Of a stretch of 64,000 nt of DNA, positions 48,034 through 57,615 are shown piece after piece. This stretch comes from Bacillota bacterium (GTDB taxonomy: Bacteria; Bacillota; Clostridia; Christensenellales; UMGS416). The notes under the pieces are model-generated. The model did no database searches. It saw nothing but the letters and a program-made list of their open reading frames with translations, and was not told the origin of the DNA. The position numbers and the translations under genes were made by a program. Position 1 is the first letter of the stretch. Each line of letters begins with the position of its first letter. The stretch lies in contig JAEEJN010000111.1 of NCBI GenBank assembly GCA_016281935.1, positions 4,742-68,741 on the forward strand. Reading direction: 5' to 3'.

Positions 48034-48072
48034 AACAGACCTGTCTTCCGATGGAAAACAGGTCTGTTTTTT
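48034..48072. terminator. bidirectional terminator
   Basis: AACAGACCTGT-loop-ACAGGTCTGTT followed by TTTT. Confidence 0.75.
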
Positions 48073-48086
48073 GGATGGAAGCCGGG

Positions 48087-49043
48087 TCACCGACCTCCGT
48101 ATTCTTTTGCCTTTCGGATACGCCATACGAGGACGGCGATGAGCCCTACGGCCAGGACAACAAGGGTGAAAAGAAGCCCGGTGCGGCGCGGTGCGGGATC
48201 CTGCCCGGTGGTGCGAAGCGCCGTGGGATCCCCGGTCTCCGTGGCCTTCATCATCTGCCCTTCGTCCTTTTCGGAATCCTGTGCGGACTCGGTGCCGTTT
48301 GCCGGATCCTGGCCGGCAGAGCCGGTACCGTCCTGTGCACTCCTGTATTCGGCAGAGAAAACAGTTCCTTCGTCCGATGCTGCATTTTCGGAGCCCGAGA
48401 CCGCTTTTGCGGAAACGTCTCCGTTGGACTCAAGAGCGCCGTCTGCTTCGGCAAAAGGTTCGGGAGCAGCAGGTTCTTCCGCCGCGGCTTGATCGGAGCC
48501 GGGGACTGTCTTTACGGACATGTCTCCCTTCATTTCAAGAGCGTTGTCTGTTTCGGCGAAAGATTCTGCGGCCTGAGGAGGTTCCTCGTCAGAGAATGTA
48601 TCCATAGAGGCGTATTCTTCCGCATCGGCTGTCTGTATCGACCTTGCGGCTGCGGGAGCTGCCTTGCTGGCGGAATAAGGATGCAGGGAAAGGATGCCTA
48701 TGGTCCCCAGTCCCGCGATCAGGACGAGAGCGGCGGCGACAGAAGCCAGCCGTTTCGGGTTCCAGCGGCTGCGGCGCACAGCTGTTTCGCGTGTCCATTC
48801 CTGTTGAGAGACCCAGTCTGAAAGATCCGGAGCATCCTGTCCGGAGAAATCCGAAAGGGCCCTTTTTTCTTCGCTGATGAACGCGAACCAGTTCCTGCAG
48901 GATTCACACCTTTCCAGGTGTTCGCGAATCTCGGAACGCAGATCCTCGGGGAGCCGGCCCTCGGCATATTCGTCCAGAAAGCTTTGTATTTCTTCGTGTG
49001 TCAAGCCGCTTCCCCCTTTCATGTAAGATTCTGCGAGATTCAT
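48087..49043 (-). CDS. anti-sigma factor (zf-HC2) with acidic repeat ectodomain and C-terminal TM/basic tail
   Basis: 318 aa with HLERCESCRNWF (HxxxCxxC) and TM1 at aa ~99-120. Acidic low-complexity region with a 36-aa duplication. C-terminus reads PRRTG + 20 hydrophobic residues + RIRKAKEYGGR. Confidence 0.8.
   Translation of the reverse strand: MNLAESYMKGGSGLTHEEIQSFLDEYAEGRLPEDLRSEIREHLERCESCRNWFAFISEEKRALSDFSGQDAPDLSDWVSQQEWTRETAVRRSRWNPKRLASVAAALVLIAGLGTIGILSLHPYSASKAAPAAARSIQTADAEEYASMDTFSDEEPPQAAESFAETDNALEMKGDMSVKTVPGSDQAAAEEPAAPEPFAEADGALESNGDVSAKAVSGSENAASDEGTVFSAEYRSAQDGTGSAGQDPANGTESAQDSEKDEGQMMKATETGDPTALRTTGQDPAPRRTGLLFTLVVLAVGLIAVLVWRIRKAKEYGGR
48372..48587 (-). repeat. degenerate 108-bp tandem duplication inside the anti-sigma gene
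   Basis: Protein units EEPPQAAESFAETDNALEMKGDMSVKTVPGSDQ and EEPAAPEPFAEADGALESNGDVSAKAVSGSEN (aa 153-185 and 189-221). The similarity is also visible at DNA level. Confidence 0.7.
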
Positions 49044-49049
49044 CGCTTT

Positions 49050-49619
49050 TTAGACGCGGTCCAGGAAATTTGGTTCCATTTCCAGAAGGATTTTTGCAAG
49101 AAGTTTCCGGGCCCGGTTGAGACGGGACCGGACGGTCCCTATGGGACAGCCCAGGATCTCTGCGATCTCTTCGTACGCCATACCGTTGACGTCTCTCAGA
49201 ACGATCACGGCGCGGAAATCCTCATGGAGCTCGCCCAGGGCCCGGTAGATGAGTTCCCGGTTCAGGGCCCTGTCGAGGAGCCGTTCGGCGTCGGGATCCG
49301 CGGGTTCCCATCCGGATTCCGCCAGCGCTTCCATCGACGTCTGCTTTGCTTTTTTCCGCCGCCGCAGCTCGTCCAGACAGGTGTTGACGGCGATGCGGTA
49401 CAGCCAGGTGGAAAAGGAGGAATCGCCTTTGAAGGAGGGGAGACTGCGCCAGATCTTGACCAGGATCTCCTGAGCCATGTCCCGGGCGTCGTCCGGATTG
49501 GACATCATGCGCAGGCAGGTGTGATACAGCCTTGTCTGATGCTCGCGGATCAGAGATTCGAACGCCGCGGCGTCGCCCTTCTGGGCCTGAAGCACTCGCA
49601 TGTCCGTGATCTGTGCCAT
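49050..49619 (-). CDS. ECF-type RNA polymerase sigma-70 family factor
   Basis: Trimmed to the ATG at 49619 (SD GGAAAGGAGGAG), 189 aa. Region 2 (FESLIREHQTRLYHTCLRM...AQEILVKIW) and region 4 HTH (MAYEEIAEILGCPIGTVRSRLNRAR). Separated from the anti-sigma gene start (49043) by a 6-nt gap. Confidence 0.9.
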   Translation of the reverse strand: MAQITDMRVLQAQKGDAAAFESLIREHQTRLYHTCLRMMSNPDDARDMAQEILVKIWRSLPSFKGDSSFSTWLYRIAVNTCLDELRRRKKAKQTSMEALAESGWEPADPDAERLLDRALNRELIYRALGELHEDFRAVIVLRDVNGMAYEEIAEILGCPIGTVRSRLNRARKLLAKILLEMEPNFLDRV

Positions 49620-49812
49620 CTGCTCTCCTCCTTTCCCTTGAAGTATGCCTATTATACCATGATTCAGGGGATGCAACAAGGAACGCGGATCGGCGGTGCG
49701 GAGCGCGATTTCTCTTGTTTTTTTCCCCTGATGTGCTATACTATTCTGCGTAGATGAGAGGCTCTGCCTCTTTTCCATAGATATCCCGAAACGATCGCAG
49801 AAGGAGCAAAAC

Positions 49813-50997
49813 ATGAACAAAAAATCCATCACCGACATCGACCTGAAAGGCAAGCGCGTCCTTGCCCGCGTGGATTTCAACGTACCTCAGGACGAAAATG
49901 GCAACGTGACGAACGACGCCCGTATCCGCGGCGCCCTGCCCACGATCGAGTACATCCTGAACCAGGGTGCAAAACTCATCCTCTGCAGCCATCTGGGCCG
50001 TCCGAAAGGTCAGTTCAATCCCAAGTATTCCGTGAAGCCCGCAGCCGAGCGCCTGGGCGAACTCCTGGGCCGCAAGGTTCCCGTGGCAGATGACGTGGTG
50101 GGTGAGTCCGCCAAGTCCATGGCCGCAGCTCTGAAGGACGGCGAGGTCATGATGATCGAAAACGTCCGCTTCCATGCCGAAGAAGAAGCCAACGATCCCG
50201 AATTCGCCAAAGAGCTCGCTTCTCTGGCCGACGTTTATGTGAACGACGCTTTCGGCGCCGCACACCGCGCGCATGCGTCCACCGCGGGCGTTGCCGCTTA
50301 TCTGCCTGCAGTCGCCGGTTTCCTGATGGCCAAAGAGATCGACTTCATCGGAGGCGTTCTGGAGAATCCGCAGCGTCCCTTCGTCGCGATCCTCGGCGGA
50401 GCCAAGGTCAAGGATAAGCTGGGCGTCATCACGAACCTGCTCGAGAAGGTCGACACCCTGATCATCGGCGGCGGCATGGCCTATACCTTCTTCAAGGCCC
50501 AGGGCTATGAGATCGGAGAATCCATCGTGGACGACACCAAGATCGATTTCTGCAAAGAGATCCTCGCCAAGGCCAAAGAAAAAGGCGTCAAGCTCGTTCT
50601 GCCCGTCGACAACCTGGCTTCCCACGGCTTCAACAACGACGAAGAGCCCACCGTCTTCAAGACCGGTGAGATCCCCGCAGACATGCAGGGCCTGGATATC
50701 GGTCCCGAATCCTGCAAGCTCTTCGCGGAAGTGATCGCTTCCGCCAAGACCGTCATGTGGAACGGCCCCATGGGCGTGTTCGAATTCAGCAAGTATGCCG
50801 GCGGCACCCTGGCTGTAGCCAAGGCGATGGCTGCTCTGGACGGCATCACCGTCATCGGCGGCGGCGACTCCGCTGCGGCCGTGGAACAGCTCGGCTTCGC
50901 TGACAAGATGACCCACATCTCCACCGGCGGCGGCGCTTCCCTCGAGTACATGGAAGGCAAAGTCCTTCCCGGCGTTGCCTGCCTGCAGGACAAGTAA
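49813..50997 (+). CDS. pgk: phosphoglycerate kinase
   Basis: 394 aa with [15 protein letters not shown] and a C-terminal STGGGASLE block. Confidence 0.96.
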   Translation: MNKKSITDIDLKGKRVLARVDFNVPQDENGNVTNDARIRGALPTIEYILNQGAKLILCSHLGRPKGQFNPKYSVKPAAERLGELLGRKVPVADDVVGESAKSMAAALKDGEVMMIENVRFHAEEEANDPEFAKELASLADVYVNDAFGAAHRAHASTAGVAAYLPAVAGFLMAKEIDFIGGVLENPQRPFVAILGGAKVKDKLGVITNLLEKVDTLIIGGGMAYTFFKAQGYEIGESIVDDTKIDFCKEILAKAKEKGVKLVLPVDNLASHGFNNDEEPTVFKTGEIPADMQGLDIGPESCKLFAEVIASAKTVMWNGPMGVFEFSKYAGGTLAVAKAMAALDGITVIGGGDSAAAVEQLGFADKMTHISTGGGASLEYMEGKVLPGVACLQDK

Positions 50998-51009
50998 GGA
51001 TTTTTCGAT

Positions 51010-51036
51010 CCACCCGCAGGGATCCCCTGCGGGTGG
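51010..51036 (+). other. intercistronic stem-loop between pgk and tpiA
   Basis: CCACCCGCAGG-GATCC-CCTGCGGGTGG (11-bp perfect stem) with no T-run. Confidence 0.6.
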
Positions 51037-51059
51037 AATTCTGTCAAAGGAGAAAGAAC

Positions 51060-51812
51060 ATGCGTACACCCATTATTGCCGGCAACTGGAAAATGAACAA
51101 GACGCCCGCAGAAGCGGCTGCCCTGATCGAGGAACTCAAGCCCCTCGCGGCCGACGCCAAATGCACGGTCGTCGTGTGCCCGACCTTCGTATGCCTTGAT
51201 TCCGTGAAAAAAGCCCTGGAAGGCACGAACATCCATATCGGCGCCCAGAACTGCTATCCCAAAGACTCCGGCGCCTATACCGGCGAAGTCTCCGCAGCCA
51301 TGCTCGAAGCCATGGGCATCGAATACGTGATCCTCGGCCATTCCGAGCGCCGTCAGTACTTCGGCGAGACGAACGAATCCGTCAACGAAAAAGTCAAGGC
51401 CGCTCTGGCCCACAACCTTATCCCCATCATCTGTGTGGGCGAAACGCTGGACGAGCGTGAAGCCGGCGTGACGGAGACCCTGCTCCGCTATCAGACGGCG
51501 GCGGCTCTTTCCGGTCTGACGGCCGACCAGGCCGCGGGCCTCGTCATCGCTTACGAACCCGTATGGGCGATCGGCACCGGCCGTACCGCTACGGCCGATC
51601 AGGCCGACGAAGCGATCGGCATGATCCGCGATCAGGTCTGTGCCATCTTCGGCCAGGAGACCGCGGAAAAGATCCGTATCCAGTACGGCGGCTCCATGAA
51701 GCCCGGCAACGCCAAGGAACTCATGGCCAAGCCCAACATCGACGGCGGCCTGATCGGCGGCGCTTCCCTCGTGGCCAAAGATTTCTCCGCCATCGTGCAC
51801 TACGACGCGTAA
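51060..51812 (+). CDS. tpiA: triose-phosphate isomerase
   Basis: Start at the ATG at 51060 (SD AAGGAGAAAG). NWKMN, GHSERR and [11 protein letters not shown] motifs. Confidence 0.96.
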   Translation: MRTPIIAGNWKMNKTPAEAAALIEELKPLAADAKCTVVVCPTFVCLDSVKKALEGTNIHIGAQNCYPKDSGAYTGEVSAAMLEAMGIEYVILGHSERRQYFGETNESVNEKVKAALAHNLIPIICVGETLDEREAGVTETLLRYQTAAALSGLTADQAAGLVIAYEPVWAIGTGRTATADQADEAIGMIRDQVCAIFGQETAEKIRIQYGGSMKPGNAKELMAKPNIDGGLIGGASLVAKDFSAIVHYDA

Positions 51813-51830
51813 GATATCCGGAAAACAGGA

Positions 51831-51858
51831 GAGGACCGGTTCAACCGGTCCTCTTTTT
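51831..51858 (+). terminator. rho-independent terminator
   Basis: GAGGACCGG-loop-CCGGTCCTC followed by TTTTT. Confidence 0.85.
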
Positions 51859-51935
51859 CGTTCATCGGACGCTGCGTTTCGCAATACGCGGATTTGCTTT
51901 CCGGCGCTTCAAATGGTATAATCCTTCTCTGTAAA

Positions 51936-53396
51936 ATGAAAAGCTTATGCGCGGAAAGAAGGAAAAGCTTGTCTGCCAGAACAAATACGTTGGATGTAAC
52001 GAACGGAGCCCGGTCTCCGCTCAAAACGGCTCTGCTTCTTGCCTGGCCGATCTTTCTTGAGCAGATCCTGACGACCCTTGTGGGTTATGCGGATACGGCG
52101 ATGGTCGGATCCATGGGTGCCGCATCCACGGCGTCCGTATCGATCAGCAATTCGGTCGTGATGCTTCTGAACGGATCCGTCATGTCCCTGGGTGTCGGCC
52201 TTTCCGCCCTCGTTGCGCGTTCCGTCGGAGCCAGAGACTATGAGCTCGCCAAAAAACTCATCCGGCATACGGTGCTCCTGCTCCTCTTCGTCGGGATCCC
52301 GATCGGAGGGGTCCTCATGGCTCTGTCCGGAGCGATCCCCCGCTGGATGGGAGCGGAAGCGGACGTGCTGCCTCTGGCGACCCGCTACAACATGATCGTA
52401 GCATTCGGAAGGCCGTTTCAGATCGCCTCCATGCTGTTCTGTTCCGTATACCGCGGATGCGGCGACACGCGCACGCCTCTCGTGATCAACAGCGGCGTGA
52501 ACGTCCTTAACGTGATCGGCAATTTCTTCCTCATTTATCCCACAAGGACTGTCAGTCTTCTCGGCATAGCGCTCACGATTCCCGGAGCAGGCTGGGGCGT
52601 GGCGGGAGCCGCTACGGCAACGGCCGTAGCCATGGCTGCGGGCGGTATTTCCGCGACTCTCCTGATGATCCTGAGGGAATCGCCTTTCAGGATATCCCTG
52701 AAGGAAGACTACAGGCCGGACTGGAAGCTGACGAGACAGATCCTTCGGATCAGCGTTCCCGCCATGATGGAAAGACTGACGATGTCTTCCGCCCAGATCG
52801 TCATCGCCTCATCGATCGCGAGTCTGGGTACCGTGACGATAGCCGCGAACACCGTCTACCTGACGGCGGAATCCATTGCCTACATGCCGGGCTTCGCCTT
52901 TGCCTCCGCAGTCACGACCCTGGTGGGCCAGTCTCTCGGTGCAGGCAAACCGAAACTTGCGGAGCGCTATACCTATACCTGTCTTGCGGCTTCCGTCATC
53001 ACGATGGTCGTCGCAGGAGCCGCGCTCTACGTCTTTGCGGAACCGCTGGTAAGCCTGTTCACTCCGGACCGGCAGGTGATCATGCTGGCGGCCCGCTGCC
53101 TGAGGATCGTAGCGTTCCTGGAGCCGCCGCAGAGCGGGGCCGGCGTTTTCGCAGGCGCGCTGCGCGGAGCGGGGGACACGCTCTGGACCATGTATATCAT
53201 GATGGCCGGCATGTGGGGCATCCGCGCCGCAGGCGCGTTTATCTGCCTGCGTCTGCTTCGGATGGAACTGACGGCTGCATGCACCTGCATGCTGATCGAA
53301 TCCTGTGTAAGGATCGTCCTCTTCTGGCTGCGCTTCCATACGGGACGCTGGCAGTATGCGATCAAGGCGATCGAGACGGCCGAAAAGAAAGTCTGA
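51936..53396 (+). CDS. MATE family efflux transporter
   Basis: Multi-TM with PIFLEQILTTLVGYADTAMVG, typical of the MATE N-terminus. Start is uncertain: the ATG at 51936 lies only ~14 nt after a TGgTATAAT -10 (51914-51922), and the in-frame TTG at 51969 has a GAAGGA SD. Confidence 0.85.
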   Translation: MKSLCAERRKSLSARTNTLDVTNGARSPLKTALLLAWPIFLEQILTTLVGYADTAMVGSMGAASTASVSISNSVVMLLNGSVMSLGVGLSALVARSVGARDYELAKKLIRHTVLLLLFVGIPIGGVLMALSGAIPRWMGAEADVLPLATRYNMIVAFGRPFQIASMLFCSVYRGCGDTRTPLVINSGVNVLNVIGNFFLIYPTRTVSLLGIALTIPGAGWGVAGAATATAVAMAAGGISATLLMILRESPFRISLKEDYRPDWKLTRQILRISVPAMMERLTMSSAQIVIASSIASLGTVTIAANTVYLTAESIAYMPGFAFASAVTTLVGQSLGAGKPKLAERYTYTCLAASVITMVVAGAALYVFAEPLVSLFTPDRQVIMLAARCLRIVAFLEPPQSGAGVFAGALRGAGDTLWTMYIMMAGMWGIRAAGAFICLRLLRMELTAACTCMLIESCVRIVLFWLRFHTGRWQYAIKAIETAEKKV

Positions 53397-53416
53397 AAAC
53401 AGACGGAATAAAGAAC

Positions 53417-53454
53417 GGCGGTACGGCCATGTGGCCGTACCGCCTCCTGTTTTC
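53417..53454. terminator. bidirectional terminator
   Basis: GGCGGTACGGCC-ATGT-GGCCGTACCGCC followed by TCCTGTTTTC. Confidence 0.75.
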
Positions 53455-53482
53455 AGGGGAGGATGGTTTCTTCCCTTACTGA

Positions 53483-54991
53483 TTATCTGCGACCGGGTTT
53501 CACGGTGATAGCCACGACGCTGCGGGCGGGGATCAGGCCGGAAAGGGTGACCGGGCCGCCGAAGCCGCCTGCCATACGGGTAGCGATGCCGCTGTAGGGC
53601 TTGACCGCCACTTCGTTGGGGGTGTCGAAGTCATTGTGTCCGTTGGGAGCGTCGTGCTGCAGGATCTGAGCCGTCGCCATGCCGCGGAAGCCGCCCAGAT
53701 CGAAGTCGACGTCGGCGTCTTCGTCATAGGAAGCGTTGGCGATGGTGATGAGCAGAGCGCCGTCACGCTGGGAAGCGGAAACGGACAGGGACGGGATGGA
53801 CTCCAGGCCCTTCTTGATCTCGGGAGCTCCGACGAAGGTCGGGCAGAGCTCGGCGCCCTGATGGTTCTTGAACATCTTGAACACATAATAGGTGGGCGTC
53901 AGGACCATGTCCGCACCGCGGGTCAGGGCCATGGACTGCAGGACGTTGACGGCCTGGGCGATGCAGGCGACGTGTACGCGGTCCGCATGTGCGTTGATGA
54001 TGTTCAGGCCGATGGCGGCGAGAACGGCATCCTGCATGGTGTTCTGCTGATAGAGGAAGCCGGGGTTCGTGCCGGGCTCTACCGGGAACCAGGTGCCCCA
54101 CTCGTCGAAGGACAGGCCGATGTTCTTCTCGGGATCGTACTTGGTCATGATCCTGTCGTGGCCGGCCAGCAGGGAGTCATAGGCAAAGCCGTCTCTCTGG
54201 ATGGAGAACCAGGAATCTTCGGAGACTTCCGTCGCGTGGGACTTGCGCCACCACACATATTCATGCAGGGACAGAGCGCCGAAAGCACCGCGGCGGCCGC
54301 CGTTCGTGCCCTTGCGCATCAGGACCTCGGTCCACTCCCAGTTGCGGCCGTTGGCGCCGCAGGCGATCTTGTAGAGCTGGTTCGTGCCGTAGTTGCGGGC
54401 ATAGGTGCCGTAACGACGAGCCAGATCCGCGTAATACTCGGGGGTCATGTCGCCGCCGCAGCCCCAGTTCTCGTTGCCGACGCCGAAGAACTTCAGATGC
54501 CAGGGTTCTTCATGGCCGTTCTTGGCGCGGAGTTCCGCCATGGGCGTGCCTTCCGACGTCATGTACTCGACCCACTTGCTGAACTCTTCAACGGTTCCGG
54601 AACCGACGTTGCCGGAAACGTAGGGCTCACAGCCGATCTGGCGGCAGAGCTCGAAGAACTCATGGGTGCCGAAGGAGTTGTCTTCCACGACGCCGCCCCA
54701 GTGGGTATTGATCATCTTGGGACGCTTTTCCTTGGGGCCGATGCCGTCCATCCAGTGATACTCGTCGGCGAAGCAGCCGCCGGGCCAGCGCAGGATGGGG
54801 GTGTCGATCGCTTTGAAAGCTTCGACGACGTCGGTACGCATACCGTTCACGTTGGGGATAGCGGAATCCTCGCCGACATAGAAGCCTTCATAGATGCAGT
54901 GTCCCAGATGTTCGGCGAACTGACCCTGGGTCTCACGACGGATGATCGTGCCGTTGGGCTTGCCTACCTGGACATAAGCTTTGAATGCCAT
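53483..54991 (-). CDS. abfA: alpha-L-arabinofuranosidase, GH51
   Basis: 502 aa with [24 protein letters not shown] (acid/base Glu) and SFDEWGTW (nucleophile Glu). SD AAGGAGG. Confidence 0.92.
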   Translation of the reverse strand: MAFKAYVQVGKPNGTIIRRETQGQFAEHLGHCIYEGFYVGEDSAIPNVNGMRTDVVEAFKAIDTPILRWPGGCFADEYHWMDGIGPKEKRPKMINTHWGGVVEDNSFGTHEFFELCRQIGCEPYVSGNVGSGTVEEFSKWVEYMTSEGTPMAELRAKNGHEEPWHLKFFGVGNENWGCGGDMTPEYYADLARRYGTYARNYGTNQLYKIACGANGRNWEWTEVLMRKGTNGGRRGAFGALSLHEYVWWRKSHATEVSEDSWFSIQRDGFAYDSLLAGHDRIMTKYDPEKNIGLSFDEWGTWFPVEPGTNPGFLYQQNTMQDAVLAAIGLNIINAHADRVHVACIAQAVNVLQSMALTRGADMVLTPTYYVFKMFKNHQGAELCPTFVGAPEIKKGLESIPSLSVSASQRDGALLITIANASYDEDADVDFDLGGFRGMATAQILQHDAPNGHNDFDTPNEVAVKPYSGIATRMAGGFGGPVTLSGLIPARSVVAITVKPGRR

Positions 54992-55155
54992 AGGTTACCT
55001 CCTTAAGAATAGATAAGAATCTGTTTTCTCAATTCTCTTTCCTTTCGGGAAATCCTGCTGTCATATCCCACAAATATCAGATGGCTTTACGGCGGAATCG
55101 TCCGAAGAAACCGCATTTCCGCAGTCTGTGAACAGACGGATGCACGTCTCCGTGA

Positions 55156-55184
55156 TTGAAGATGTGCATTCGAGGGTGTATAAT
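55156..55184 (+). promoter_or_regulatory. apt promoter
   Basis: TTGAAG - 17 nt - TATAAT. Confidence 0.6.
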
Positions 55185-55222
55185 CATGGGGAAGTGCTGC
55201 AGGCACGAAAGGAGACGGAAAC

Positions 55223-55747
55223 ATGAAAACGGTAGCGGATTCTGTGATCAGCATCCCCGATTTTCCGAAAGAGGGAATCATCTTCCGGGACGTGACCAGC
55301 GTCGTGAACGACGCGGACGGTCTGAAACTGGCTGTGGACGGCCTGATGGAAAAGCTGGAAGGGATCGATTTCGACGTCATCGCGGGAGCGGAAGCGCGCG
55401 GGTTCCTGTTCGGGATGCCTCTTGCCTATCTTCTGCACAAGCCTTTCGTCCTGATCCGGAAAAAGGGGAAGCTTCCCCGGGATACCGTGTCCGAAGCCTA
55501 TGATCTGGAATACGGCACGGCGGAGATCGAGATCCATAAGGACGCCATAAAGCCCGGACAGAAGGTGGTCCTGGTGGACGACCTCATCGCGACCGGGGGC
55601 ACGATGGCGGCAGCCGCCCATCTGGTTGAAAAACTCGGCGGCGAAGTGGTCTGCCTGCTGTTTCTCATGGAACTGGCCGGACTGAACGGGAGAGAGCGCC
55701 TTGCCGGATACCGCGTGGAATCCGTCATCTGCTACGAAGGAAAATAA
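55223..55747 (+). CDS. apt: adenine phosphoribosyltransferase
   Basis: 174 aa with FPKEGIIFRD and the PRPP loop VVLVDDLIATGGT. Confidence 0.95.
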   Translation: MKTVADSVISIPDFPKEGIIFRDVTSVVNDADGLKLAVDGLMEKLEGIDFDVIAGAEARGFLFGMPLAYLLHKPFVLIRKKGKLPRDTVSEAYDLEYGTAEIEIHKDAIKPGQKVVLVDDLIATGGTMAAAAHLVEKLGGEVVCLLFLMELAGLNGRERLAGYRVESVICYEGK

Positions 55748-55797
55748 GACCGGAAGCGCGGAGGATCTGCGCCGTATCGGAAACAGATATTCCTGCT

Positions 55798-55823
55798 GCC
55801 GTATCTTCGGATACGGCTTTTTT
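55798..55823 (+). terminator. rho-independent terminator
   Basis: GCCGTATC-TTCG-GATACGGC followed by TTTTTT. Confidence 0.85.
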
Positions 55824-55998
55824 GCTGCCAGAAAACCTGGTTTTTCCCGAGATTTCGGGCAAACTGGAACATATGGATGAAATCACAGCCTAAATTTAGA
55901 GTCCTTCCCTCTTTTCTTATAGGGGAAACAGTTGTATAATAACGGTGCGAGGTAATTCCGACCAAAAAAGTAATATTAAAGAAAGGCCAACAATCATT

Positions 55999-56823
55999 AT
56001 GAAAAAGACGTTTACACGCATCATCTCAGCTCTGCTTCTGACGGCTATGGTTCTGGCGCTCGGTGCCTGTGCCGCGAAGACCGAAAAGGTCGAAGAGACC
56101 GGAACCAAGGATCTGCTGGACGAGATCAAGGAGCGCGGATATATCACGATCGCGACGGAAGGCAACTGGTCCCCCTGGACCTATCATGACGCGTCCGACG
56201 AACTGGTCGGTCTCGACATCGAGATCGGCAAGGCCATTGCGGAATACATCGGCGTAGATGCCAAGTTCGAGGAGACCGACTGGGATTCCATCCTGGCGGG
56301 TGTGGATGCCGGCCGTTTCGACATCGCCTGCAACGGCGTAGGTTACACGGAAACGCGTGCTGAGAAATACAACTTCTCTACGCCTTACGTCTACACCAGC
56401 AAGGTCCTGGTCGTACGCAAGGATGAGACCGAGATCGCTTCCCTGGAAGACCTGAAAGGCAAGACCACGGCGAACACCGCTTCTTCCACCTATGCCGCTC
56501 TGGCCGAATCCTACGGCGCGACCGTGACGCCTGCCAACACGCTGCTCGATACGATTCAGCTTCTTGAGCAGGAGCGCGTGGACGCGACGATCAACGCCAA
56601 AGGCTCCATCGAGGATTATCTTAAAGAACATCCCGATGCCAATCTCCGTATGATCCCGATCGCTCAGGGCGATCCCGTTGCTTATCCCATGCAGAAGAGC
56701 GAACGGACGGAGACCCTGGTCAAGGCCGTGAACGAAGCGCTGGAAGCCATGCGCAAGAACGGCAAGCTTGCCGAGATCTGCATCAAATATTTCGGTGAGG
56801 ATATGACGCAGAGCGGGAACTGA
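55999..56823 (+). CDS. amino-acid ABC transporter substrate-binding lipoprotein (family 3)
   Basis: Start at the ATG at 55999, giving MKKTFTRIISALLLTAMVLALGAC (lipobox). Family-3 SBP features (GYITIATEGNWSPW, DIACNGV). Confidence 0.88.
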   Translation: MKKTFTRIISALLLTAMVLALGACAAKTEKVEETGTKDLLDEIKERGYITIATEGNWSPWTYHDASDELVGLDIEIGKAIAEYIGVDAKFEETDWDSILAGVDAGRFDIACNGVGYTETRAEKYNFSTPYVYTSKVLVVRKDETEIASLEDLKGKTTANTASSTYAALAESYGATVTPANTLLDTIQLLEQERVDATINAKGSIEDYLKEHPDANLRMIPIAQGDPVAYPMQKSERTETLVKAVNEALEAMRKNGKLAEICIKYFGEDMTQSGN

Positions 56824-56846
56824 GTTTTCGTTCTGAACGCGGAATT

Positions 56847-56876
56847 GAAACGGAGGATCTCCTCCGTTTCTATTTT
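56847..56876 (+). other. intra-operon hairpin between the SBP and permease genes
   Basis: GAAACGGAGGA-TC-TCCTCCGTTTC followed by TATTTT. Could act as a partial terminator or mRNA stabiliser. Confidence 0.5.
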
Positions 56877-56940
56877 CCGTTTTCTGACGGCATACGGTCC
56901 GTGCCTGTAAAGGACCGATTCCAATGAAGGAGCCTTTTGT

Positions 56941-57615
56941 ATGAACGAAAGACTGTGGGAAATCCTTGTGGATTCCTTCCCGAAACTTCTGCTGTACGGC
57001 GCAAAAGTCACGATCCCTCTGACGGCCATGTCCTTTGCACTGGCTCTCGTGATCGCCGTGATCGTGGCCATGATCCAGTACGCGGACGTCAAGGTCCTGC
57101 GGCAGCTGTGCCGTTTCTATATCTGGATTGTGCGCGGCACGCCTTTGCTCGTGCAGCTGTATCTCGTATTCTACGGCCTGCCGCAGATCGGCATCAAGCT
57201 GAACGCCTATCCCACGGCGGTCCTGGTGTTCGGTCTCAATGAAGGCGCCTACATGGCAGAGTCCATGCGCGGCGCCCTGGAGGCCGTCCCGAAGGGTCAG
57301 CTGGAGGCAGGCTACTGCGTGCGGATGAACTACCTGCAGATCATGCAGCACATCGTGCTCCCGCAGGCGTTCCGCATCGCGTTCCCGGCGCTCTCCAATT
57401 CCCTCATCTCCATGACGAAGGGCACGTCCCTGGCCGCGACCATCACCGTGACCGAGATGTTTCGTGAGGCGCAGGTGATCAACGGGCGCGTCTATGAGTC
57501 CCTGGGACTCTACACCGAGGTCGCCCTGATCTATCTTCTGTTCTGCACCTTCCTGACCTTCCTGCAGCGCTGGGGCGAGAAGAAGCTGAACAGCTACGGA
57601 GGGATCAAGGCATGA
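56941..57615 (+). CDS. amino-acid ABC transporter permease
   Basis: 224 aa, multi-TM, with a NEGAYMAESMRGAL (EAA-like) loop. Confidence 0.9.
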   Translation: MNERLWEILVDSFPKLLLYGAKVTIPLTAMSFALALVIAVIVAMIQYADVKVLRQLCRFYIWIVRGTPLLVQLYLVFYGLPQIGIKLNAYPTAVLVFGLNEGAYMAESMRGALEAVPKGQLEAGYCVRMNYLQIMQHIVLPQAFRIAFPALSNSLISMTKGTSLAATITVTEMFREAQVINGRVYESLGLYTEVALIYLLFCTFLTFLQRWGEKKLNSYGGIKA

